Sequence record: SRR2962707_1034
DNA: 33,167 bases
Direction: 5' to 3' (one strand)
Every line of letters begins with the position of its first letter. The first letter of the stretch is position 1. Made by a program: the position numbers and the translations under genes. Under the pieces are notes generated by a model, which did no database searches, was not told the DNA's origin, and saw nothing but the letters and a program-made list of their open reading frames with translations. Positions 8,910 to 16,991 of this stretch are shown here, in pieces.

Positions 8910-10067
8910 TTAGGCCGTTTGCAACATCGACGCGTCTGAGGTCAGGCCGGTATGGCCCTGTTTCGCCAAGACGCGATAGGTTGATCGCAATGCCCCGCGG
9001 TCCGAGTAACACCCGCGGAGGTGGCGTTTGCCACTGTCGGCGACGTACCCCTCTCGGCCATGCACGATGCGGTGATTATCGAAGATGATACAGTTTCCTG
9101 CCTCGGACCGGAAACGGACCACAAATCGATCCTCCTGCATCATCTTTAGAAATTTGATGAAAGCGGGGTAATAGCTGTCCAGCAGATCCTGCGGCAGGTC
9201 CATCGTATCCTGAAGGTGCTGCGAGATGGTCACGCCGGTCACGCGCCCCTCTGGATCGGTTTCGATCACGCGCTGGTGGGCGCGGTAGTCCCAGTTGTCA
9301 TGGCGATAAAAGAACGGGATCTTGTTGTCGGCCAGCAGTCGGAACGCTTCGGGGTCTTCTTCGCGCAAGGTCTCTGCCACTGAAGCGCCGTCAAGAAACA
9401 AAGAAAGGCCACCCTCTACGGTGTTCTCCATGCAGTGCAGGAATTGCACGCCGGGCGCGGTTTCTTCGCCGGGCAAATCGGTGTGCATCTCAAGCGGCCG
9501 GGCCGTGAAAGCAAGGTTCGTCGGCGCGATTTCTACGCGGACATCAAAGAACAGCCCTTCAGCTGAAGGGGTGATCGGGCCGATGGCATTGACCAGTCGC
9601 GGCAGGCTGTCTGGGTCGGCGGCCATGCCGGTGACAATTGCTATGCCGTCCTCGATCAGCGCACGGGTGAGCTGCGCACGGGATTCCGGGTCATCCAGCA
9701 CGGCCTGCTGCGGCACACGGGTAAATCGCAGCCCATGATCGGCATACCAAAGATTGCGTGGCAAATCAGCGGGGTCGTTGGCGCGCCCGTTGGCCGCAAA
9801 GCTTTCCAGTAGTGCAAGCGGGATATGGCTGATTTGGGTTTCAGCCTGCCATTCAATGACAAGATCGGCCCCCTCGATCCGCGCAGCTTTTGCGCGCGGC
9901 AGATCGGGCAGGGATGCGACATCGAAAATGCGTTCACGGGTTTGGCTGTCAATACAAGACGCGCAGGCATCGCGCAGCCAACAGTAGTTGAAATAGGTCG
10001 TTCCGGCGCACAGAGGTACATTCAGGCCGGTATCGGTCAGGACAATTTGGGTCATGTTTTTGCTCAT
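8910..10067 (-). CDS. Fe(II)/2-oxoglutarate dioxygenase, gamma-butyrobetaine hydroxylase/TmpA-like (TauD family)
   Basis: N-terminal WLRDACASC...QTRER (GBBH-like N domain), NLAFT, HTD, GVQFLHC, FDNHRIVHGR, RHLRGCY. Confidence 0.92.
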   Translation of the reverse strand: MSKNMTQIVLTDTGLNVPLCAGTTYFNYCWLRDACASCIDSQTRERIFDVASLPDLPRAKAARIEGADLVIEWQAETQISHIPLALLESFAANGRANDPADLPRNLWYADHGLRFTRVPQQAVLDDPESRAQLTRALIEDGIAIVTGMAADPDSLPRLVNAIGPITPSAEGLFFDVRVEIAPTNLAFTARPLEMHTDLPGEETAPGVQFLHCMENTVEGGLSLFLDGASVAETLREEDPEAFRLLADNKIPFFYRHDNWDYRAHQRVIETDPEGRVTGVTISQHLQDTMDLPQDLLDSYYPAFIKFLKMMQEDRFVVRFRSEAGNCIIFDNHRIVHGREGYVADSGKRHLRGCYSDRGALRSTYRVLAKQGHTGLTSDASMLQTA

Positions 10068-10077
10068 CTTTTAGTGA

Positions 10078-10830
10078 TCAAGTGGCGTAGTCTGAGTTTT
10101 CGTGGTCCAGGATGCCCCGGATGGCGCGCAGGTGGGCTTCGGCTTGTCCGGGGTAATCCTCGAGTTCCAACGCAGTCTTTTCTGCGATCTCATGCGGGAT
10201 AAGACGCAGCGGCTGTCCCGTCTGCAGCGCGCGGATATAGGTCTCGGCGGCGCGCTCAAAGTAATAAAACCTGTTAAAGGCATCAGCGACGCTATCGCCC
10301 AACACCAGAACACCGTGATTGCCCATAATCATGACCTTCTTGGACGGATCGGTCAGCATCGCGGCGCAACGCTCGCCTTCATCCTCGAACGCCAGCCCGC
10401 CGAAATGTTCGTCGATCACGACGCGGTCATAGAATGTAGCTGCGTTCTGGTCGATCGGGGGCAGGGTGCTGTCGGCAAGTGACGCAAGCACTGTCGAAAA
10501 GATCGAATGCGCATGCATGACGCACCGCGCATGCGGGCAGTTGCGGTGGATCGACCCATGCAAACCCCAAGCCGTTGGATCAGGCGCGTCAGGCCGGTCA
10601 AGCGCGTCCGGATCGTTTGCGTCAAGCAGCAACAACTCGGATGCGCGGATGCGCGAGAAATGCGCCTGATTGGGATTGATCAGGAACTCTGTGCCATCCG
10701 CGTTGACCGCCAAGCTGAAGTGGTTGGCAACGGCTTCGTGCATGTTCAGGCGTGCGGTCCAGCGAAAAGCCGCAGCAAGGTCAGCGCGTTCCTGCCAATA
10801 GCTCATGTTCGGTCCGGTATCGAGGCTCAC
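10078..10830 (-). CDS. Class II aldolase/adducin-family metalloprotein
   Basis: RADLAAAFR..NHFS, LHGSIHR..ARCVMHAHS, GNHG. GTG start at 10830, or ATG at 10806. Confidence 0.93.
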   Translation of the reverse strand: MSLDTGPNMSYWQERADLAAAFRWTARLNMHEAVANHFSLAVNADGTEFLINPNQAHFSRIRASELLLLDANDPDALDRPDAPDPTAWGLHGSIHRNCPHARCVMHAHSIFSTVLASLADSTLPPIDQNAATFYDRVVIDEHFGGLAFEDEGERCAAMLTDPSKKVMIMGNHGVLVLGDSVADAFNRFYYFERAAETYIRALQTGQPLRLIPHEIAEKTALELEDYPGQAEAHLRAIRGILDHENSDYAT

Positions 10831-10835
10831 CCCGC

Positions 10836-11804
10836 TTACTCCGCAGCCACGACGGGCGTGGCCACCGGAGGGAACACTTCATAGCCTTGCTCTTCGGGTT
10901 CGTCGTCAATCAATTCCGCAGGGAAGCCAGCAGCGAGGATCGACAGGCCTGTGGCCTCTTCAAGGCGGCGGATGATATCGTCGCTGTTCGCGCGTTCGCC
11001 ATACCGGCGTTGGCCGTCCTTCATGATATCAATGACCATTGGTGACAGTTCCAGCGGGACATTGTTGCGCTCTGCAATGGTTTGGAACAGACCGATATCC
11101 TTGAGGATCAGATCCATCGTAAAGTTCACATCGCGCGACCCGTTCAGGATCAGCTGGCTTTCGGTCTCGTGCACAAAACTGGTGCCCGAGGATATCTTTA
11201 TCGCCTCATACGTTGTAGCAAGGTCCATGCCGGCCGCCTTCATGGTGACCATCGCCTCGCAGCAGCTCAGCAGATTTATTGTGGCAAGGTAGTTGGTCAT
11301 CACCTTGAGCGTCGATGCTGTCCCCACATCGCCCGTATGCAACACACGGCGTCCAAGACGCGTCAGAAGCGGAAGAACCTTTTCGAATGTGGCGCGATTA
11401 CAGCCCGCGAAGATCGAGATATTGCCCGTATCCGCGCGGTGACAGCCGCCCGAAACGGGGCAATCGACGGCGGTGCCGCCCTTTTCCTCGACCAAGGCCG
11501 CCAGACGACGAATTTCGGCTTCATCCGTCGTAGACATCTCAAGCCAGATCTTTCCGGGGCCGACCTCTGGCAGCATCTCTTCCATAACCGCAGCAGACGC
11601 AGCAGGTGAGGGCAAGCAGGTGATAACCACATCACAGTCGCGCATCAGTTCGGCGGCATTGATTGCACTGCCTGCACCGCGCGCCGTAAAACCCGCCACC
11701 AGTTCGGGCTTTTGATCCAGAACGGTCAAGTCGATGCCATTGCGCAGCAGACTCCCCGCCAGTTTGCCGCCTACGTTCCCAAGGCCGATGAACCCAACTT
11801 TCAT
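10836..11804 (-). CDS. NAD(P)-dependent beta-hydroxyacid dehydrogenase (3-hydroxyisobutyrate dehydrogenase family)
   Basis: MKVGFIGLGNVGG, EMST, DCPVSGG, LKVMTN (catalytic Lys), KDIGL. RBS GGAG before ATG 11804. Confidence 0.94.
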   Translation of the reverse strand: MKVGFIGLGNVGGKLAGSLLRNGIDLTVLDQKPELVAGFTARGAGSAINAAELMRDCDVVITCLPSPAASAAVMEEMLPEVGPGKIWLEMSTTDEAEIRRLAALVEEKGGTAVDCPVSGGCHRADTGNISIFAGCNRATFEKVLPLLTRLGRRVLHTGDVGTASTLKVMTNYLATINLLSCCEAMVTMKAAGMDLATTYEAIKISSGTSFVHETESQLILNGSRDVNFTMDLILKDIGLFQTIAERNNVPLELSPMVIDIMKDGQRRYGERANSDDIIRRLEEATGLSILAAGFPAELIDDEPEEQGYEVFPPVATPVVAAE

Positions 11805-12223
11805 GCTTTTCTCCAATGCTTCGTTTGCTTTGTCCGAGAGAGTACCAAGATCATTCAAAGCTGAATAACGATGTGATTATGTGCTCAGGGCCAATTCACA
11901 TTGACCCAGCAGCAGACCAATCATCGCAAAAGCGCCTAAGACGCGCGCGGGACCAAAGCATGCGACGGCTCGCGCGGGGGGGCTAAGCTGGGGTTTTAGC
12001 GTGGGTAAGCGCCAGCATAGAAAGGATCAGAAGGGACATAGGTTCCCGTCAATGTTTGCGATCATGCCGCGCTGGGCGGTTCCACAAACAAAGTGAGGAT
12101 GGTCGCAGGACCATGATCTGTGCTCAAGACGGTCCGATGGCTAACTATTTCGATGGTCGGAATACGCGCAACCATGTGTGCCCTGACAAAAGCCTCGAAC
12201 ACGGTTCAGGAGTTAAGCAACAG

Positions 12224-12261
12224 GATGCTGCCAGCCGTTGAGACTAACGACCGGCAGCATC
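12224..12261 (-). terminator. Hairpin just downstream of the redoxin gene
   Basis: GATGCTGCC...CGTT-GAGACT-AACG...GGCAGCATC, 16 nt past the stop. The U tract is weak. Confidence 0.5.
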
Positions 12262-12277
12262 GTCCATGTGATCAACC

Positions 12278-12808
12278 TCAAGCGGCGTGTGTACCGCGCA
12301 CCGGATAGTTCTTTTGGCGAATGAACGTCAGACCGTCGAGCAAACCTTTCAAGGCAGGTCTCGCGAAGGGCGCATTCGACACATCCACGATCTGCAGTTT
12401 GCCGTCGTCACGGACCACGAAAGTCGCGGGCTCTGCAAAGGGGCGGTCCGTTTCCTCAGGACTGCGTGGATCAGAGATAAAGACGCCAAGCCGCGCCATT
12501 TGTTCGGGGCTGAGGTCATAGCCGATGACACCGTTATACCCGATGTCGTCAGCCGAGGCCTGTGCCTTTTCTTCCGGATCAGCCGACATCGCAAGAACGT
12601 CGACGTTTATTGCGGCAAAGTTGTCCAGCATCCCGTTCAACTCGGTCAGATAGGATTTGCAAATCGGGCAGTGCTTGCCGCGATAGACAACGATCAATTG
12701 CCAATCGCCGCGTTTTTCATTCGCTGCCCCGACAGTGACGTTACCATCTGTCAGAGTGGGTACGCTCATGTCTGGAAACGTCGTGTCGGGTATCAGTGTA
12801 TCGGGCAT
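12278..12808 (-). CDS. Peroxiredoxin-like/AhpC-TSA redoxin protein
   Basis: VVYRGKHCPICKSYL, VLAMSAD, FAEPATFVV..DG, PFARP. RBS AAGGAG. Confidence 0.92.
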   Translation of the reverse strand: MPDTLIPDTTFPDMSVPTLTDGNVTVGAANEKRGDWQLIVVYRGKHCPICKSYLTELNGMLDNFAAINVDVLAMSADPEEKAQASADDIGYNGVIGYDLSPEQMARLGVFISDPRSPEETDRPFAEPATFVVRDDGKLQIVDVSNAPFARPALKGLLDGLTFIRQKNYPVRGTHAA

Positions 12809-13029
12809 GTTGGAACTCCTTCAGTCTGGTTCGATGGCAAACCACTCGGCAAGCTGACTTGTTCCAATTTTGATTGTGTACACGGCAAGTTGCTCGATCC
12901 GGCTACTTCAGCCCGCAGGATCGTATAATCGCCACGTGTCTGGGATCACGTAAAACCGACCGGCCTGACAAGTTGGTTACCCAGCTCACATTTAGACGCG
13001 GCAAAGAGGCCCGTCATGCTTGGGCAGGC

Positions 13030-13084
13030 AATGGCCGGTTCGAGCCCAAAGCATCGATGCTGCAAGGCGCATGGATGGCCGCTT
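13030..13084 (+). repeat. Degenerate dispersed repeat, copy B
   Basis: AATGGCCGGTTCGAGCCCAAAGCATCGATGCTGCAAGGCGCATGGATGGCCGCTT. Direct repeats ATGGCCGGTT and ATGGCCGCTT lie 44 nt apart. It resembles a repeat I recall beside accessory genes in Rhodobacteraceae. Confidence 0.6.
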
Positions 13085-13156
13085 TTTCACGAAGAACAGC
13101 ACTAAAAATTGTTGGAATAGCTTACCTAGGACTGCCTCCAATTGACTCCACTTTCA

Positions 13157-13690
13157 CTACGAACCTTGCTCACAAAACCTCAGACGATTTCCAAACGGAT
13201 CATGAACTTGCATTTGCAACCCCCACGGAAGCTTTTCCAAAGCTGGATGATTGAAGGAATACTCTCGATCAGACAGCTCACGGTGTAAGGCACGCAGGTT
13301 CGTGGTAGGAATAAACGCATTAGAGCCGGGGCTGGCATCATTGTGATGTTCCGAGAGATGAAGCTGTAATCCGTCACGTTGTACGGCCATGTAAAGCGGT
13401 AAGTCAGCTGTGTGCCGATGCTCGAACGCAACTTTGAAACCAAGAAAATCACAGTAAAATTCTCGGGCTTTCGCCTCGTCGAAGAAACGTAAAATTGGGC
13501 TGCATCCTGTAAATTCAATGTTTTCAGGTGCCGCGTTGGTCAGAGTTGCCGTTGCAGTGTTCCAATCGGAAAAGCCGAGGCTTTTTGCGATAAGTTCAAG
13601 AGCTTTAGCATGCGGAATATCGCTACCTTCAGCGGCGAGTGCGTCGCGCAATTTTTTGGCCATAGATTTGGCCTGATCTGGACTGAACAT
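13157..13690 (-). CDS. Glyoxalase/bleomycin-resistance (VOC) protein with an N-terminal Glyoxalase_8-type helical domain
   Basis: N-terminus AKSMAKKLRDAL...HAKALELIAKSLGFSDWNT. VOC part PILRFFDEAKAREFYCDFLGF, LHLSEH and PWG..MQVHDPFGNRLRFCE. RBS GGAG. Confidence 0.92.
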   Translation of the reverse strand: MFSPDQAKSMAKKLRDALAAEGSDIPHAKALELIAKSLGFSDWNTATATLTNAAPENIEFTGCSPILRFFDEAKAREFYCDFLGFKVAFEHRHTADLPLYMAVQRDGLQLHLSEHHNDASPGSNAFIPTTNLRALHRELSDREYSFNHPALEKLPWGLQMQVHDPFGNRLRFCEQGS

Positions 13691-13830
13691 TTATGTCTCC
13701 ATACCAGCGAAACATCAGCGGCGTGCGCGTTACCGACCGAACGCTGGTCGGGAGTGTTAGATAATTCAAAGTGTCTTTCACCGTTCCATAAGGATGCGCA
13801 CGGCGGGTAGCACGAGACCTTGGTCCACAA
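13691..13830 (-). ncRNA. Candidate structured cis-regulatory 5' leader RNA
   Basis: About 135 nt between a TTGACG -35-like hexamer (13854-13849) and the ATG. It contains several complementary pairs, listed in the findings. Confidence 0.55.
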
Positions 13831-13932
13831 TCTGCAGTTTTAGGTATTCGTCAAGAAGGATTTGTCTAGGCCAGAGTATTTCGTCGATATCTGACTATCG
13901 TCTCTTAAGCAGACACATGAAGTAAATTGCCA

Positions 13933-13990
13933 AACGGCAGCAAAGTCCCGCACAGCAGCCATCTACCCGTTGCGCAGGGAAGGGTTGCTT
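13933..13990 (+). repeat. Degenerate dispersed repeat, copy C
   Basis: AACGGCAGCAAAGTCCCGCACAGCAGCCAT...GCGCAGGGAAGGGTTGCTT. Two AANGNNNGC units about 47 nt apart, in the same orientation as copies A and B. Confidence 0.55.
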
Positions 13991-14169
13991 CACACGACAC
14001 CCAAGTCGAATGCCTTTGTTGATGTGCTCGGGCACCGGATTCTTAGCTATCTGCCGACGGGCGTTGCGGTTTGGCGGCGTGGGTTCGCGTCAATCCAATG
14101 ATTGTGGCGCGACACGTGAAAGATGTTACCCGATCGTCTGCGACATATTGGTTATCGCATCCTTCCGAC

Positions 14170-14198
14170 TTGTACCCCCCATGGGAGCAATCTATCCT
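14170..14198 (+). promoter_or_regulatory. Sigma70-type promoter giving a probably leaderless transcript
   Basis: TTGTAC (14170-14175), 17-nt spacer, TATCCT (14193-14198). ATG 14206 lies 7 nt further on, with no SD sequence. Confidence 0.6.
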
Positions 14199-14205
14199 GC
14201 TTTGC

Positions 14206-14604
14206 ATGAATTCTCGTGGGTCTCCTACCTTGCGCGCGTTGCTGTTTCGCGGATTTCTTCTGTTGTCGCTCTTTTTGTCGGGAATTGTTCCCGCTGGAAT
14301 GATGCGGCAGGCGGACGACGGCGGTATGCGGCTTGTGCTTTGTACCGGCGAAGGCATCCAAGAGGTCTGGTTGACGCCAGACGGGGAAACCCGGCCAGTT
14401 AAACCTGCCGACACAAATGACGCCGCACACAAGCAACACTGCATTCAGGTAAACCTCGCTTTCGGCGAGGTTCAGCCGCAGAATGTGGCCGGGTTGTTGC
14501 AGGTCGCGCAGCCCGTCGAATTCACGACAAGCACACATCAAACTCTTAAACGCCTGAATGCGACGACGGCGGGCGAGCCGCGTGCGCCGCCAGTTCTGCT
14601 GTAA
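14206..14604 (+). CDS. DUF2946-like exported or membrane-anchored protein ending in a RAPP arrest-type motif
   Basis: Hydrophobic N-terminus, PAGMM...LVLCTGEG, HKQHC and C-terminal PRAPPVLL (132 aa from ATG 14206). Confidence 0.82.
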   Translation: MNSRGSPTLRALLFRGFLLLSLFLSGIVPAGMMRQADDGGMRLVLCTGEGIQEVWLTPDGETRPVKPADTNDAAHKQHCIQVNLAFGEVQPQNVAGLLQVAQPVEFTTSTHQTLKRLNATTAGEPRAPPVLL

Positions 14605-14635
14605 CCAAAGGGACGTCTGCGACGTCTGGAGAGCA

Positions 14636-14666
14636 AACGACCGTCGATGAGACGGTGTGTTTTGTT
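14636..14666 (+). terminator. Terminator/attenuator-like hairpin between the RAPP ORF and the ABC operon
   Basis: ACCGTC-GATGA-GACGGT followed by GTGTTTTGTT. Confidence 0.5.
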
Positions 14667-14851
14667 ACAGCTGCCAATCAAAAACCTACCAGCCACCTGA
14701 ACTGCGCCAAAACCCCCTGTTGGGGGCAGCGCGGGATGGGGTGTGCTGCACGGCATGGGCCATTTGTATCCAGACATCACGGCAGGCGTTCTGACGCCCT
14801 CAGGGCGCAGGATTGCGCCGCCTCTAACCTACAAAATCTGGAAAAATAGTA

Positions 14852-15952
14852 ATGTCTAATACACTTAAGTCGGTCATGGCCGCAGGCCTTTTGGCAACAA
14901 TCGGGTCTACAGCCGGTGCTGAAATCACCATCACAGATCTGCGTGACCGCACCGTAACACTTGAAGAACCGGCACAACGGGTCATGCTCGGTTTCTACTT
15001 TCAAGACTTCCTTGCCATCGCCGGAGAAGGCGCGATTGATCGCATTGTTGGCCTGTCGCGCGGCCCTTGGGCTGAATGGAGACCGGGGCAATGGGAAGTC
15101 TACACGCAAGCCTTCCCGCAGTTGGCAACACTCCCTGATGTGGGCGACACAGGAAGCTCGACCTTCTCTATCGAAGCTGCAATTGCCACCCAGCCTGATC
15201 TTATCGTTCTAGCCGCATGGCAGTATGATGCGCTTGGTGAAAGTGCCGAACAGTTCGCGGCGGCGGATATTCCTGTGCTGGTTCTTGATTACAATGCGCA
15301 GACGCTGGAAAAACACCTCGCTTCTACCCGTGCCCTTGGGGCGGCAATGGGCGCGGATAACCGTGCTGAACAAATCGCGACCTTCTATGAGGAAATGCTG
15401 GCCGACACCGCAAGCCGCGTCGCAGCCTCAACCGGCACGCCGAAAAAGGTTTATGTCGAACTTGCCCAGAAGGGCCCTGACGAAGTGGGCAATTCCTATT
15501 CCGGCGGTATGTGGGGCGGCATCATTGACGGTCTCGGTGGGCAAAATATCGCGAATGGCCAAGTCGAAAATTGGGGGCCGCTGGCACCGGAATATGTGTT
15601 GGCGCAACAACCCGAGGTCATCCTGCTCGCGGGGTCGGAATGGCTTGACCGTCCTGCTGCGGTCCCGCTGGGTTTTGCGCAGAATGCCGATCTGGCAAAG
15701 GAACGTATGCGTGCCTATCTTGGTCGCTCCGGTTGGTCGGAACTTCCTGCCGCGCAAGACGGTCAGCTTTACGGGATTTACCATGGCGGTACCCGTTCGG
15801 TGTCCGATTTCGCCTATTTCCGCTTTTTGGGCAAAGTACTGCACCCCGAAGCCTTCGCCGATGTTGAGCCGCAGGCCGAACTTGCAAAGTTCTACGCTGA
15901 CTGGCTGCCGGTCAAACTTGACGGCACATTCATGATCCAAGCGGATGAGTGA
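14852..15952 (+). CDS. ABC transporter substrate-binding protein, Fe-siderophore/cobalamin (class III, TroA-like) type
   Basis: Signal peptide (AGA|E), ITDLRDRTVTLEEPAQRV, FSIEAAIATQPDLIV, EYVLAQQPEVI, WSELPAAQDGQLY, KVLHPEAF. Confidence 0.92.
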   Translation: MSNTLKSVMAAGLLATIGSTAGAEITITDLRDRTVTLEEPAQRVMLGFYFQDFLAIAGEGAIDRIVGLSRGPWAEWRPGQWEVYTQAFPQLATLPDVGDTGSSTFSIEAAIATQPDLIVLAAWQYDALGESAEQFAAADIPVLVLDYNAQTLEKHLASTRALGAAMGADNRAEQIATFYEEMLADTASRVAASTGTPKKVYVELAQKGPDEVGNSYSGGMWGGIIDGLGGQNIANGQVENWGPLAPEYVLAQQPEVILLAGSEWLDRPAAVPLGFAQNADLAKERMRAYLGRSGWSELPAAQDGQLYGIYHGGTRSVSDFAYFRFLGKVLHPEAFADVEPQAELAKFYADWLPVKLDGTFMIQADE

Positions 15953-16991
15953 TGTCAGCCCAAGCCTTAGCGGTGTGCCACGCCGCTCTGGTTTGACACG
16001 AGCGGGGGCGGTTTTTGCCGCCCTCGCTGGGCTTGTTTGCCTCATGGTGGGGGACCTGATCACGGGCCCCGCTGGCCTGCCATTAAGCAAGGTTCTGACG
16101 GGGATCGCCGCGGGACCGTCTGGCGACGACAAAGGTCTGGCCACGATCCTGTGGCTGTTGCGGATGCCGCAAACGCTTACCGCGGTCCTGGTCGGGGCGT
16201 GTCTGGGGGTTGCGGGGCTGATGATGCAGACGATTTTGGCGAACCCGCTGGCCAGCCCGTACACGCTGGGGTTTTCCGCCGCTGCGGGGTTTGGTGCGGC
16301 CAGTGTCATTCTCTTTGGGTCGGCGCTTCCGGTGGCGATGTGGCTTGGCGTTCCGCTTGCGGCATTTGCTGGCACTTTGGTCGCCGCAGGTCTTGTCTAT
16401 GTGGTGGCGAAATATCGCGGTTCTTCGCCCGAGATACTTGTTCTTGCGGGTATTGCGGTGCTGTTTTTCTTTCAGTCGTTACAGTCGATGCTGCAATTCA
16501 TGGCCGCGCCCGAAGTTCTTCAACAAATTGTTTTCTGGCTGTTTGGCAGCCTTCTAAAGGCCACCTGGACAAGCGTTAAGGTTATATCTGTGCTGTTTGC
16601 CCTGTGCCTGCCGTTCCTGCTGCGTGATGCGTGGAACCTGACATCATTGCGCCTTGGTGACAGCAATGCCGCGAGCCTTGGGCTTGATGTCGATGCGCTG
16701 CGTCGTCGGACTCTTGTTATCGTCGCGGTGTTAACGGCAGCGGCAGTAAGCTTTACGGGGACCATTGGTTTTGTCGGCTTGATCGCCCCCCATGTAGCAC
16801 GCGCTTTGATCGGGGAAGACCATCGTTTCTCCCTTCCCATGTCGGCGATCATGGGAGCCATCGTTCTTGTGGCGGCTTCTGTGGTGGGGAAACTGATTTC
16901 TCCCGGGGCTGTGATCCCCGTAGGGATCATCACTGCCATTGCGGGAATTCCGATGCTTGTTGGCGTCATTATGATGAAAGGAACCCGCTGA
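15945..16991 (+). CDS. FecCD/BtuC-family ABC permease
   Basis: LRMPQ, MQTILANPLASPYTLG.SAAA, LGD..AASLG, GTIGFVGLIAPH.AR, IPVGIITA..GIP. Confidence 0.95.
   Translation: MSDVSPSLSGVPRRSGLTRAGAVFAALAGLVCLMVGDLITGPAGLPLSKVLTGIAAGPSGDDKGLATILWLLRMPQTLTAVLVGACLGVAGLMMQTILANPLASPYTLGFSAAAGFGAASVILFGSALPVAMWLGVPLAAFAGTLVAAGLVYVVAKYRGSSPEILVLAGIAVLFFFQSLQSMLQFMAAPEVLQQIVFWLFGSLLKATWTSVKVISVLFALCLPFLLRDAWNLTSLRLGDSNAASLGLDVDALRRRTLVIVAVLTAAAVSFTGTIGFVGLIAPHVARALIGEDHRFSLPMSAIMGAIVLVAASVVGKLISPGAVIPVGIITAIAGIPMLVGVIMMKGTR

Noticed and set aside
8910-10067. TmpAB phosphonate pathway
   Set aside because: No HD-domain TmpB or phosphonate transporter is in the window.
12052-12096. Short ORF MFAIMPRWAVPQTK as a leader peptide or gene remnant
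   Set aside because: Only 14 codons, the SD-like sequence is too distant, and there is no downstream gene on the same strand.
14605-14851. Cobalamin riboswitch ahead of the BtuFCD-like ABC operon
   Set aside because: I could not find the B12-box words (GGGAA, GCCCCCGCAACTGT, GCCACTG, AGYCAGRAGACC) in the expected order.
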